Source of the DNA: a virus
Taxonomy: Duplodnaviria; Caudoviricetes
Reading direction: 5' to 3' (one strand)
IMG/VR virus record: IMGVR_UViG_3300014205_006854
Location: 7,269-71,268 of that record
DNA: 64,000 bases
Shown: positions 49,580 to 59,133 of the stretch, one piece after another
Numbering within the stretch: position 1 is the first letter of the stretch
How the letters are laid out: every line of letters starts with the position of its first letter
Program-made: the position numbers and the translations under genes
The notes under the pieces: model-generated
What the model was told of the DNA's origin: nothing
Seen by the model: the letters and a program-made list of their open reading frames with translations, nothing else
Database searches by the model: none

Positions 49580-49634
49580 AATGTTCTCCCGAGAACTACC
49601 ACTCGGTCTATGAACATTTGTGGATTAGTAGTTT
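49580..49634 (-). ncRNA. K-turn/pseudoknot structured RNA motif, copy 4 of 4
   Basis: AAACUAC-UAAUCCACA-AAUGUUC-AUA-GA-CCGAG-UG-GUAGUU-CUCGG-GA-GAACAUU; AUGUUC/GAACAU covaries with UUGUUC/GAACAA. Confidence 0.75.
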
Positions 49635-49672
49635 GTGCGTTTAAATAAACAAATTATAAATACAATATAAAA

Positions 49673-50881
49673 TTATTTAGATCTTAAATTAGTAATATAA
49701 TTTGGATTTAAAACGACAGGATTCATATCTGGTATGAGTCCCATTTGATGTCCAGAATTTTGCATTCTAGAATCATACTGTTTATTTTCATAAGCTGCTT
49801 CTTTTTCATTTTCTAGCGCTCTTTTAAAAGACTCTTCGCCATAATCTATATTGATATATCTTACCTTCGTTACTAATGGAACAGCTAGCTCCCAATCAAC
49901 TGTAAGAGAGAAATTGATGCCACCTGTAAAATTATATTCTTCAGGTATATCCATTTCAGTATCTTCTGATTCACCTGACAACGAAAATTCAGAAACATTT
50001 ATACCTTCATCAACTAATACATTTTGCCACTTTGCCCAAAATATAGATACAGCATAATCAACTAATCTTTCTTGTTGATCAGGATCTTGAGCAATTCCAA
50101 TCATATCAACACTTAATTCCCATCTACCACCATATACTTTAGCTGTTTCCATCATTTCTTTTTCTATAATTACAGCTTGCTCATCATCTTTTTTTAATCT
50201 ATCACCAAATGCTAAAATAACACCTGGGATAGCGGTGTTATTAGCCCAATAAAAATCTGTTTCAAATGGTCCTAATCTTGTCCCTAGTTTTTGATAATCA
50301 GCATTTACTTGAATATGCATTAAATCAACATCAGAAATAATTGATGGTTTAAATAAAACTAAACCAGTATTATAATCAATTGTATAATCAATATCTCTTT
50401 TAAATTCACCATAATCATGCGGTGCATATATTACTTCTGATCCAGGATTTATTGGAATATTTCTTAAGATAAAACCTTGTGTAGATTGAATATATTTAAC
50501 AACTAAATTTTCTTCTCCAATTGTTAAAAATGGATCAACAACAAATTTCTTTTCTTCAATCATCTTGATAATATAAATGCCTGGTGCAGACATTTGTTCA
50601 ATATTGAATGAATCATCTTTAACCCATTCAATAGAATTACCTTTTATTGTTTGTAAATTAGCAAGTAAACTATATGAAATATCTGTTCTAATAAAATTAT
50701 CTAAACCAAGTTTTTGTGAACTTCCAGATACACTTCTTATTAGTAACATTGTTTTCTGACGTTCTTCTTCAGGAAATTTTGTTACAACTGCAGTTTTACA
50801 AAAAATAGGATGCTCAGAAACAATTTCTTGAAATACTTGTACAAGTCTTTTCTTCAAAGCATTACTAATCGCAAAATACAA
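49673..50881 (-). CDS. Putative tail terminator/completion protein
   Basis: Split tail-terminator-like pattern (LKKRLVQVFQE...IRSVSGS / WELSVDMIGIAQDPDQQERL) around an inserted beta domain; position between neck and sheath. Confidence 0.55.
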   Translation of the reverse strand: MYFAISNALKKRLVQVFQEIVSEHPIFCKTAVVTKFPEEERQKTMLLIRSVSGSSQKLGLDNFIRTDISYSLLANLQTIKGNSIEWVKDDSFNIEQMSAPGIYIIKMIEEKKFVVDPFLTIGEENLVVKYIQSTQGFILRNIPINPGSEVIYAPHDYGEFKRDIDYTIDYNTGLVLFKPSIISDVDLMHIQVNADYQKLGTRLGPFETDFYWANNTAIPGVILAFGDRLKKDDEQAVIIEKEMMETAKVYGGRWELSVDMIGIAQDPDQQERLVDYAVSIFWAKWQNVLVDEGINVSEFSLSGESEDTEMDIPEEYNFTGGINFSLTVDWELAVPLVTKVRYINIDYGEESFKRALENEKEAAYENKQYDSRMQNSGHQMGLIPDMNPVVLNPNYITNLRSK

Positions 50882-50882
50882 A

Positions 50883-51089
50883 TTATACTCCGTATTCTTT
50901 CAATATTTCAGAAATAACATTTTCTTTACTAATATCATTTAAAATTTTAGCTGTTAATTTCTGTTTTTTTGCTTCTTTTATAATTTCTGCAATTATACTA
51001 TGAGTTTCATTTCTAGTAAAATTACCTAAATCATAATCTATTTTTTGTGTTTTCATAATTTTTTTTAGTATTCTTTCTGATCTAAGCAA
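50883..51089 (-). CDS. Small hypothetical protein
   Basis: 68-aa helical, Lys-rich ORF overlapping the upstream gene. Confidence 0.55.
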   Translation of the reverse strand: MLRSERILKKIMKTQKIDYDLGNFTRNETHSIIAEIIKEAKKQKLTAKILNDISKENVISEILKEYGV

Positions 51090-51316
51090 AAACGATTCGC
51101 TATAAATGCTCCTATTTTTTCTCCTGTTAATTCTGAAATTAATACAATATTTGGTTCAATATAATCATCTATTAAATACAATCTTCCTTTAAAGATTCCT
51201 TGAACTGGATTAACACATACAACTTTATCACCAGGATTCAATAATGATGCTTTTTTGTCAACATTGTCAATTTTATCTGCTACTAAAATAAGTTCCTCTA
51301 CATGATTCATTGTCAA
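51065..51316 (-). CDS. Small SH3/KOW-like protein
   Basis: LNPGDKVVCV...KGRLYLI pattern; AGGGAG RBS. Confidence 0.6.
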   Translation of the reverse strand: MTMNHVEELILVADKIDNVDKKASLLNPGDKVVCVNPVQGIFKGRLYLIDDYIEPNIVLISELTGEKIGAFIANRFCLDQKEY

Positions 51317-51385
51317 ATCTCCCTTTTGAATTTTATATATTTGTTATATATATACGAATTATAAACTTAATATAAAATTTACAAA

Positions 51386-52477
51386 TTAAGAATAAGAATT
51401 TAGAGCATTTAATAGGCAACCTCGTGAAACAGCATTCAATTGATCTGATGCCTTTTTAACATTTTTTATTTTGAATGGTAAACTTTTTGCTTTTAATTCT
51501 TCTTCAAAAAGTACTTCAAAATTTTTAACTTTAGATGTTCCACCACTTACAACAACAGAAATTGGTTCTGGAAAATTAGGAACATTTTTTGCAGATGCTA
51601 TATATTTTTCTAACTTATTACAAGTATATCTAATTAAATTCTCATAATAAATTTTTATAGCTTCTTGTTCTCTACCTTGTGGATTTTTAATATCTACGCC
51701 AGATTCTTTTATGGCTGTCATTCTTGATGCAGTTAATCCTACTGCTGATGCAGAATTTTCATCAATCCAATCTCCAGATCTAGCTATAGAAAATTGATGT
51801 TCATCTTGTGAAATTCCCATAAATGACAATGCAACATTAACCATTCCAGCTCCAAATGAAAGAGATAATCCTGTAAATCCTTCATCTTCTAATTCTGCCC
51901 AACAAACAGCGAATGCTTCATTCAATGGTCTTGCATCAAATCCAAATGATGTTAAAAATGATTTCAAAATATTATCGTGATAAACCACATTATAATCAGC
52001 ATCAATAGGCATAGCTGGTACTGAATAATAACACACTTCATTTTTTTCTAATGGATCACCAACTATGCTATGAAGTATAATTTTAATCATACTTAAAGCT
52101 TCTTTTTCATGTGTAGAAATAACACCTTTTGATAATGGTCTTCGTATTTCCCTATTGAAAAAATTTGCCATCTGTAATGCTTCTTCGCCTATAACATATA
52201 AATACTTTTTATCAGAACCTTCGATATAGTTAGCTTTTAATTTATTAAGCATATTTTTTGACATCATATTATTTTCAATATCAAAAAAAGCATCTCTTTG
52301 CATTTTATAACTTATTTTACCATTATTAAAAATACTGGAAATTACTGTCATTGTACCCACATCCAAACCAATACCTAAACTTCTGGAATTTTCTTTTTCT
52401 CTTTTAGTATATTTTCTTTTTTCTTCTTGTTTTTCTTCTTGAAGATCCTGTTCTTCTTTTCCCAATTCAATATCCAT
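51386..52477 (-). CDS. Actin-superfamily ATPase (MreB/FtsA/MamK-like)
   Basis: Phosphate-1 GIGLDVGT, connect-1 LNEAFAV, phosphate-2 LSFGAG, adenosine VSGGTS motifs. Confidence 0.85.
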   Translation of the reverse strand: MDIELGKEEQDLQEEKQEEKRKYTKREKENSRSLGIGLDVGTMTVISSIFNNGKISYKMQRDAFFDIENNMMSKNMLNKLKANYIEGSDKKYLYVIGEEALQMANFFNREIRRPLSKGVISTHEKEALSMIKIILHSIVGDPLEKNEVCYYSVPAMPIDADYNVVYHDNILKSFLTSFGFDARPLNEAFAVCWAELEDEGFTGLSLSFGAGMVNVALSFMGISQDEHQFSIARSGDWIDENSASAVGLTASRMTAIKESGVDIKNPQGREQEAIKIYYENLIRYTCNKLEKYIASAKNVPNFPEPISVVVSGGTSKVKNFEVLFEEELKAKSLPFKIKNVKKASDQLNAVSRGCLLNALNSYS

Positions 52478-53139
52478 TATTTTTTTCCTCCTTTTAATCT
52501 TTTCATTTTTTCTAAAGTATTACTTAAATCATTATTTGATTCTTCTATAATACCTATTTTATTAATATTCACATTAAATTTAGATTCATCTACATCTAAA
52601 AATATATTTTTAGGATCATCTTTTTCATTTTCATCATATTTTGACGAATTAGTAGCAATAGATTGTTGTATGCCACCAGTTGAATTTATTTCTTTAACCA
52701 TTTCTTTAGCTACTTCTTTGGCTACTGACATTACTGATTGATTTGATTTCATCATTTCAGTAGCCATTGTTTTAGCCATTTCTTTAACCATCTCCATCAT
52801 TTCTTCTTTATTAATATTTTGTTGTTGCTGTGGTTGAATTTGTTCTGTTTGTATTGTTGGCGTTACAAGTGCACGTTTCAACATATCTTTACCTTCAATA
52901 ATTTCTATCCATCCTTGTCGAATAGCTTGATGTAAATCTCTGGATTTATTTATTTCCAATTCATTAAAACTTGTTGATGCACCATAATGAATAGTTTTTC
53001 CTAAATCTCTAATTAAAACTGAACCTATTACTTTACCTACAACAACCATATTTTTACCCACTTGTTTTTGATGCATCATTTTTGCTGTATTTTTCCAAAA
53101 CTGACCCATCAAAGTTTGTTGAAAATTATTTGCTAACAT
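52477..53139 (-). CDS. Hypothetical protein, translationally coupled to the actin-like gene
   Basis: 220 aa; repeated KEMAK/KEVAKEMVKE helix; TAATG overlap. Confidence 0.7.
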   Translation of the reverse strand: MLANNFQQTLMGQFWKNTAKMMHQKQVGKNMVVVGKVIGSVLIRDLGKTIHYGASTSFNELEINKSRDLHQAIRQGWIEIIEGKDMLKRALVTPTIQTEQIQPQQQQNINKEEMMEMVKEMAKTMATEMMKSNQSVMSVAKEVAKEMVKEINSTGGIQQSIATNSSKYDENEKDDPKNIFLDVDESKFNVNINKIGIIEESNNDLSNTLEKMKRLKGGKK

Positions 53140-53627
53140 CAGAATATTTTCCTAGTTATTGTTCGTAACCGATCCATAGCATATTTTCTAGTTCTTTTCA
53201 TCGCTGCTTGAACAAAGCCCTTACCTCTTGTAAATCCTGGATGAACAAATTTTCCTTCTTTCATAGCTTTAGGGGATGCCCATCTAAATAAACCATTAGC
53301 AGCATTAATAGGTATAGGAGCATCTGATTTAGTCAAATAAATCATTTTATGTTTTCTAACACCTGTATTTACATATTTAGCATGTTCAGCATCAACAGTA
53401 TATTTAACACCTGGTACAACTTTCATTGGTGTTGCTGTAACACTATTATACATTGTTCCTGTATCTATTAAATCTCTCTTCTTAATTTCGCTTCTAATAT
53501 TCTCTTTACCTTTTTCTGCTGTTTTAGCAATTATCTTTTTCAACGCATCATTATACTTTTTTTTGATTTTTTTTGAATCAAATCCTTTTTTTCTAATTCT
53601 TAATTTTATTTTAGTTCTTACAGCCAT
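53139..53627 (-). CDS. HK97-gp10-like / virion morphogenesis tail-completion protein
   Basis: Basic; DLIDTGTMYNSV and HPG..RGKGFVQAAM motifs. Confidence 0.65.
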   Translation of the reverse strand: MAVRTKIKLRIRKKGFDSKKIKKKYNDALKKIIAKTAEKGKENIRSEIKKRDLIDTGTMYNSVTATPMKVVPGVKYTVDAEHAKYVNTGVRKHKMIYLTKSDAPIPINAANGLFRWASPKAMKEGKFVHPGFTRGKGFVQAAMKRTRKYAMDRLRTITRKIF

Positions 53628-53629
53628 TT

Positions 53630-53920
53630 TTATTTATCTTGTTCAATAAACTTTGCATTATTTAAAACCATATCAGGATATGAACAATTTGTATCTTTAT
53701 ATACTTCTGTTTCATAATATTGTTCTAAATTATGTTCTCTTTGTTTTTTGATAAATTGATGAATATTTGTCATATCATGAGCATGTCTAAATTTTGCTAT
53801 TTGTCCTGATATTTTCTTAGGTTTATCATTCAAAATAACAAAATCATTTGAAACATTTTTTTGCGACTCTTCAAGCCTTCTAGAAAATGTTTTTGTTGGA
53901 GCTATGATCAAATCACTCAT
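53630..53920 (-). CDS. Hypothetical protein
   Basis: 96-aa ORF in a tightly packed run. Confidence 0.65.
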   Translation of the reverse strand: MSDLIIAPTKTFSRRLEESQKNVSNDFVILNDKPKKISGQIAKFRHAHDMTNIHQFIKKQREHNLEQYYETEVYKDTNCSYPDMVLNNAKFIEQDK

Positions 53921-53923
53921 ATT

Positions 53924-54214
53924 TTAAGATTGAAAAGTTGGAGTTAAAAAATTCTTTTCAAAAACACTAATTTTACCAAATTCATCTTTCCAAGGTGTAT
54001 CATAAGACGTAGGTTCTATGTAATTGAACTCTTTAGCTAATTTATTAGCATCAATAGATGTTAAACCATCGTTTGTTAATTTAGGTGTGAATGTTGCGTT
54101 AGTATTATTAATAAATGTTTCAACATTAGCTTTGTCTGATACATTTTTAATTTCAAATTTAGTTCTTAAACTTGAAAGTAATTGTGTAGTGATTGGTACA
54201 GTTACAGTATTCAT
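53924..54214 (-). CDS. Hypothetical protein
   Basis: 96-aa ORF with AAGG RBS. Confidence 0.65.
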   Translation of the reverse strand: MNTVTVPITTQLLSSLRTKFEIKNVSDKANVETFINNTNATFTPKLTNDGLTSIDANKLAKEFNYIEPTSYDTPWKDEFGKISVFEKNFLTPTFQS

Positions 54215-54217
54215 AAT

Positions 54218-54808
54218 TTATTTCCTTTTTAGTATAGATTTAGCAATTTTTTTAATTAAATCTTCTTGATCATTTATATAAATATTTTTAATTTCATTTT
54301 GTTGTGTAGATAATACTGCATATTTTGTTTCAAATTCAATTGGCTTAAAATCTACATTAATTCTTTTTCCTGGTTTTAAATACGCCAAAGTCATATGTGG
54401 CTTATATACACTATATTTGGGATTCTTAAAAGGAAATATCTCTGCTAATTTTTTATTCAATTCAATTAAATCAGGTGAATCAATTTTAATATGAGCAACT
54501 GATGCATCATCATTATCAAAATATTCTATAACATTTGTTAATTTTATTCTTAATGGTTTATTGAAAATATTTTTTATTAATTCATAAGAATTATCACCAT
54601 CAGTTCCATACATAATAGTTATATGTGGTCTTGATTCAATTCCATGAATAGTATTATTTTGTTCAAGCGCCAAATCTTCTATTGGGATGCTTCTGGATAT
54701 TTCTTTTATTTCTTCATAAATAATTTCTGGAACTGGAGCCATTAAACAACCATGGCTATAACTTTCAGCTGCTAAAATTATTTTTGATGCTAATTTTTTA
54801 ATGTTCAT
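54218..54808 (-). CDS. 2H phosphoesterase (2'-5' RNA ligase / Acb1-like fold)
   Basis: Two HxT motifs: PHITIMYG and PHMTLAY. Confidence 0.85.
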   Translation of the reverse strand: MNIKKLASKIILAAESYSHGCLMAPVPEIIYEEIKEISRSIPIEDLALEQNNTIHGIESRPHITIMYGTDGDNSYELIKNIFNKPLRIKLTNVIEYFDNDDASVAHIKIDSPDLIELNKKLAEIFPFKNPKYSVYKPHMTLAYLKPGKRINVDFKPIEFETKYAVLSTQQNEIKNIYINDQEDLIKKIAKSILKRK

Positions 54809-54813
54809 ATATT

Positions 54814-55440
54814 TTAAGAATCCCTTTTAGTTAATGTAAATCCAGTTTTAGCAAGTTCAAATTCGAACCCAAATTCTGCTGCTAAATCTTGAATGTTATC
54901 TTCATCTTCTTTTATTCTAGAATAATTATCTACAACATATGAAACTTCAATTTTAATTGGTTCTATTCCACCTTTAGTAATTAAATAATCTCTAATATCC
55001 ATTCTTCGAATAGAAGTTAATTTATCACTAATATATTTATAAATTTCTTTTAAACATTTAGTAATATTCTCAACTTGACCATCTAAATCTAGAAAATTTA
55101 ATAAAGCACTTTTCAATACTGCTTCTTTTAATATTTCATTAGATAATTTTGAATAACGTGAATTTTGATTTTTTGCTATCAATTTATCGATTTCTTTTGC
55201 CATTATTTTACTATCTGTTTTCCATTTAATAGTATTATCAGAATTTGTAACTAAATAATTTTCAACGATAGAAGATAATTCTTTAAATTTTTGTGAATTT
55301 TTATCTTTCCAATTACTGCCTACTAAATGTTTAACTATTTTCTCAGCAGCGTATTCTAATGTTTTATTTCCAAAATCATTATTTTTTGCTAATTCTATAA
55401 TTTCTTTCGCAACATATTGTAAATCCAAACTAGCGGCCAT
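54814..55440 (-). CDS. Hypothetical helical protein
   Basis: 208 aa, AGGAG RBS; internal KLSNEILKEAV motif. Confidence 0.7.
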   Translation of the reverse strand: MAASLDLQYVAKEIIELAKNNDFGNKTLEYAAEKIVKHLVGSNWKDKNSQKFKELSSIVENYLVTNSDNTIKWKTDSKIMAKEIDKLIAKNQNSRYSKLSNEILKEAVLKSALLNFLDLDGQVENITKCLKEIYKYISDKLTSIRRMDIRDYLITKGGIEPIKIEVSYVVDNYSRIKEDEDNIQDLAAEFGFEFELAKTGFTLTKRDS

Positions 55441-55449
55441 ATTTTCTCC

Positions 55450-58176
55450 TTAATAATTTATATTACTAAAATTTATTGAACGTCCTTTTACAATATTATT
55501 CAATTCGCCTAATCCTGAATTAATTCCTTTTTCTTCTGTTCTTAAATTTTCTCTTTCTTTAGGTGAATCTATTTCAGGAACTTTAATTCCTTTTTTATCA
55601 AGTCCAGGTTGCTGAGTTTTATTAGGTAATGGTTGTACTGGTAATTTATATCTAACATCTGTAGTGTCTATTACTTCCATAGAAAAAGTTTGTTGTAAAA
55701 CAACTCCACCAGGTCCTTCAGTAGGAGTAACTGGACCTACTGAACATCTATCACCATTTCTTCTCATAATTAAATCACGTTGTGTAATTAATGGCGTAGG
55801 ACCTGTCCATGTTTCTATCTGATAGTTTAGTTTTAAACCTCTTTCAGTTTGATTAATTCTTTGTTCAGTTGTTAAATTAGCAATTATAATTGGAAATGGT
55901 CCATCATAACCACCAATAAATCCAGAACCAAAACAAATTTCACAATCTTGATCAGCTCTTTTATGAGTTCTTAATTTAATATCCCTTGTCATACAAGGAC
56001 ATACTTCACCAGCTTTTTTCTTCAAAAATAATAATACTCTTTCACCAGCTTGATCTAATAGCCATGCATTTCTTCTAACAGCCTCTTGATAAATATATGA
56101 ATTAATTTCAGGTGTAATTGTAACTGCATCAATCAAATCTAAATCAGTTTCATCTTCTAAAGTTAATAATGATACCTTATAAAAATATTTTTTTCTTAAT
56201 CCTAATTTTGTAGTATGTAATTTAGTTTTGTATGAAACAATAACAGTTGAATGTTCATTAGGAATAGGTGGTGTAATCCATTGTTTTAAAACTTCATCAT
56301 ATACTTTATCTGTCAATAATGTTACTATTCCTTCATAACCTTGAACTTTTTTGATATAAGCTTTTTTACCATCTATTGTAACATTTACCTCTTCTATTTT
56401 ATCTGTTGGTTTATTTGTTCCTGTACTATCAACAATTGGACATTTAGAAGTTTGAATATTATATTCTAAAATCTGATTTAATGGTTCTATTTTAATTGCT
56501 CTGCCAGATTCAAGTCTAAATTTATTCCATTTTGTTTCAATTGGTACATCAGCAGATTTTCCGACAAGTTCTACATATAGATCATCTTTATAAGCATCAT
56601 ATGAGTTCATCTGGAGCCACGTAGATGTATTGTTATTATAAAGATATGTTACTATTATACTTCCTGTACGGGTGATTCTAAAAGCTCCCAATGCATCAGA
56701 AGTCATTATTGATATTGGCAAATCTGGATTACCATTATAAAATCTATTTGTAGTGTATACATCTGCTGTTTGTGATCTATCTCTTGAAACTTGAATGAAA
56801 TTTTGATCATCAAATTTTACTCTAAAAATACAAGAACTAATTGCTGTATGTGGAACATCCCATATAGGTAAACTATAATCAATAGCAATATCAAAATCTT
56901 TAGTAAGTTTAAATGTTGATGTTATTTTAGATTCTTGTTTTAAACCAACTTTATCAGAAAAAATTATACCATTAAATTGAAATAATAATTCTGCTATGTC
57001 TGATTCTTTCCATTTAGTAGCATCTAACGTTGCCAAACTAAAATTGTCATTTATATTTTTATTAAGTGCAACTGTTCTTTTAAATTGTTCTGATACATCT
57101 TCATTTATTATTTGTGTATCTAATGTATAATCTTGAAAATAAGTTTGTGTTAAAATTTGTGAATTTAATTTTTCATACTTACCAACTAATTCAACATCAG
57201 ATCTGTAAATATTATATCCAATTGTTTTAGTATTAATTGGATGCATATCATCCCATCTTATTTCCAACATATTAGGAACAAATGGTGATATCACATGAAC
57301 ATTAGTAACTTGATAATTATTTTTTGCAATTTCTGAAGCATATACTTCTGTAAATACTTGGCTTATGTTTCCTACTTTATCTTTAGCAAAAAACTTTAAT
57401 GTAGTTATTTTATTTTCTGGTACACTTATTGGTGTTGTATAAATATTCGAATTAACAGTTGGATTAGCATTATTTGTTGTATAAAAAATTGTAGCAGTAG
57501 GATCATCACATATTAAAGAAACACTAATAGTAGAAAAATAATTTCCGCCAACTGGTGATGCTTCAACAACTGGCATCACTGTATCTATCACATATATTTC
57601 AGTTCTTTCAATATCTGAATTGTTATTATTATCAACACCTATAAATCTTAGTACTGTACTTCCTTCATTAGAAATATTTAATGGTGTAGAATAAACATTA
57701 GATGATAAATTTGGTTTAGTATTATCTAATGTGTAATAAATTACAACATTTGGTTCTGATGCTGTTAATATTACAACTTGAGTAGAATCAAAAGTTGAAC
57801 CATGTGGATCTGCATAAACTATTGGTGCAGTAAAATCAGGATTAGGAATAGTAATAAATTCCCAATAATCACGACCAATATCGCCTAATTGATCTTCAAT
57901 AGTAGCTGCAACTTGCACTCTTTCACTAAATTCAAAATCATCGTGATTTATAATAACAGCAATATGAGTTGGAATTAAATTTTTCTTTGTTATAGTTCCA
58001 AAATATCCACTTTGAAACACACCATTAGTAATAGCATTGATATTGTTAATAGTTACATTCAATGATGAAATATTTAAGCCATTTTGATCAAATACTTCAA
58101 AATATACTGGCGCAGTTAATACAGCACCAATTAAATTTCTGTCAGGTAAAATATTTAAATATTCTGGTAATGCCAT
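55450..58176 (-). CDS. Neck/head-closure protein (gp14-like C-terminus) with N-terminal Ig/Fn3 modules
   Basis: C-terminal RRNAWLLDQAGERV...CPC...CEICFGSGFIGGY Zn-binding head-closure pattern; two chitobiase-C/Fn3-associated repeats and an Fn3 domain. Confidence 0.7.
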   Translation of the reverse strand: MALPEYLNILPDRNLIGAVLTAPVYFEVFDQNGLNISSLNVTINNINAITNGVFQSGYFGTITKKNLIPTHIAVIINHDDFEFSERVQVAATIEDQLGDIGRDYWEFITIPNPDFTAPIVYADPHGSTFDSTQVVILTASEPNVVIYYTLDNTKPNLSSNVYSTPLNISNEGSTVLRFIGVDNNNNSDIERTEIYVIDTVMPVVEASPVGGNYFSTISVSLICDDPTATIFYTTNNANPTVNSNIYTTPISVPENKITTLKFFAKDKVGNISQVFTEVYASEIAKNNYQVTNVHVISPFVPNMLEIRWDDMHPINTKTIGYNIYRSDVELVGKYEKLNSQILTQTYFQDYTLDTQIINEDVSEQFKRTVALNKNINDNFSLATLDATKWKESDIAELLFQFNGIIFSDKVGLKQESKITSTFKLTKDFDIAIDYSLPIWDVPHTAISSCIFRVKFDDQNFIQVSRDRSQTADVYTTNRFYNGNPDLPISIMTSDALGAFRITRTGSIIVTYLYNNNTSTWLQMNSYDAYKDDLYVELVGKSADVPIETKWNKFRLESGRAIKIEPLNQILEYNIQTSKCPIVDSTGTNKPTDKIEEVNVTIDGKKAYIKKVQGYEGIVTLLTDKVYDEVLKQWITPPIPNEHSTVIVSYKTKLHTTKLGLRKKYFYKVSLLTLEDETDLDLIDAVTITPEINSYIYQEAVRRNAWLLDQAGERVLLFLKKKAGEVCPCMTRDIKLRTHKRADQDCEICFGSGFIGGYDGPFPIIIANLTTEQRINQTERGLKLNYQIETWTGPTPLITQRDLIMRRNGDRCSVGPVTPTEGPGGVVLQQTFSMEVIDTTDVRYKLPVQPLPNKTQQPGLDKKGIKVPEIDSPKERENLRTEEKGINSGLGELNNIVKGRSINFSNINY

Positions 58177-58177
58177 T

Positions 58178-58327
58178 TTATTTTACAAGTCCTTCAACTT
58201 TTAAAATTTCAAACAATGTTTCTCTAGCTGTATCCAATATACTTAATCTTGTATCATTAGTATCAGGTAATTCTTCAAATGGATCAAGTGCTGAATCCAT
58301 TTTTAACATAAATTCCAATTTGTTCAT
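58178..58327 (-). CDS. Small 49-aa protein (MNKLEFMLKMDS...), not in the ORF track
   Basis: ATGA overlap with the 88-aa gene; stop 1 nt before the neck gene start. Confidence 0.6.
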   Translation of the reverse strand: MNKLEFMLKMDSALDPFEELPDTNDTRLSILDTARETLFEILKVEGLVK

Positions 58328-58590
58328 TTTTTAATTTTCTTATTAGAAGCTAAAACAAAATCTTTACCATTTACTACCCAATCTTCACCTGTTAATTTTT
58401 TCAAAAATGAAGTTATCCAATTTCTATCCATATTAAATGATAAACCATTACTTCTAATAGTTTCACCAACTTTTTTTGCAAATTGTGATATATCATCTTT
58501 ATAATGTTGCCATAACATTTTTATTTTATTAGTAGTTTGAATATCTACCGCTTCTTTAAAAATTTCTGACGAAAGCTTTGTCATATTCAT
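58324..58590 (-). CDS. Small hypothetical protein
   Basis: 88 aa; starts MNMTKLSSEIFKEAV; ATGA-coupled on both sides. Confidence 0.7.
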   Translation of the reverse strand: MNMTKLSSEIFKEAVDIQTTNKIKMLWQHYKDDISQFAKKVGETIRSNGLSFNMDRNWITSFLKKLTGEDWVVNGKDFVLASNKKIKK

Positions 58591-59111
58591 GCTTTTACCT
58601 CTTCTTGCACTGCAGTTGTTTTTGGTTTGAACACAATATGCTTATTACGCCAAGCAAAATAACCACCACCACCAGTTACTAAAAATCCTACAATAGCCAT
58701 TATAATATTCAAAATTGTATCTACACGCATTGATTTATCTACTTGTACTTCTGTAACTTTATTTGCTTTTTCTAATGTTGAAACTACTTCTATTAAAATT
58801 TCTCTAGTTTCTTGCAATGATTCGATAGCTTTATCTAAATCTCTCTGAATATATTGTTGTTGAACTTCCAATCTTGTTATTCTATCACCAATAACACGCC
58901 GCGGACTTTCAACAGATGTTAATTCTGCATATTTTTTTTCATCTACTATTGGGGATTCTTCTAATTGTTGTCCATCTTTTTGCAGTAACTGTTGTTGTGT
59001 TTGTTGAACAACTTTTAATCTATCTTTCAAACCAAGACTTTTCGAACTTTCTCTACCATAAGGTGAAGTGAATACACAAAATATCAATAATAGAATAAAA
59101 ATTGTTTTCAT
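58587..59111 (-). CDS. Membrane protein: signal peptide, coiled coil, C-terminal TM helix
   Basis: MKTIFILLLIFC...; ILNIIMAIVGFLVTGGGGYFAW; GGGGAA RBS. Confidence 0.75.
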   Translation of the reverse strand: MKTIFILLLIFCVFTSPYGRESSKSLGLKDRLKVVQQTQQQLLQKDGQQLEESPIVDEKKYAELTSVESPRRVIGDRITRLEVQQQYIQRDLDKAIESLQETREILIEVVSTLEKANKVTEVQVDKSMRVDTILNIIMAIVGFLVTGGGGYFAWRNKHIVFKPKTTAVQEEVKA

Positions 59112-59133
59112 ATAAAAAATTCCCCTTATTGAT

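Noticed and set aside
10393-49634. Repeated motif as a CRISPR array or MITE
   Set aside because: Copies are 9-16 kb apart with no spacers, terminal inverted repeats or target-site duplications; variation is compensatory, as expected for RNA structure.
51317-51385. Sigma70 promoter TTGTAA...TATAAT upstream of the 83-aa gene
   Set aside because: Spacer is only 15 nt and TATAAT-like hexamers are common in such AT-rich DNA.
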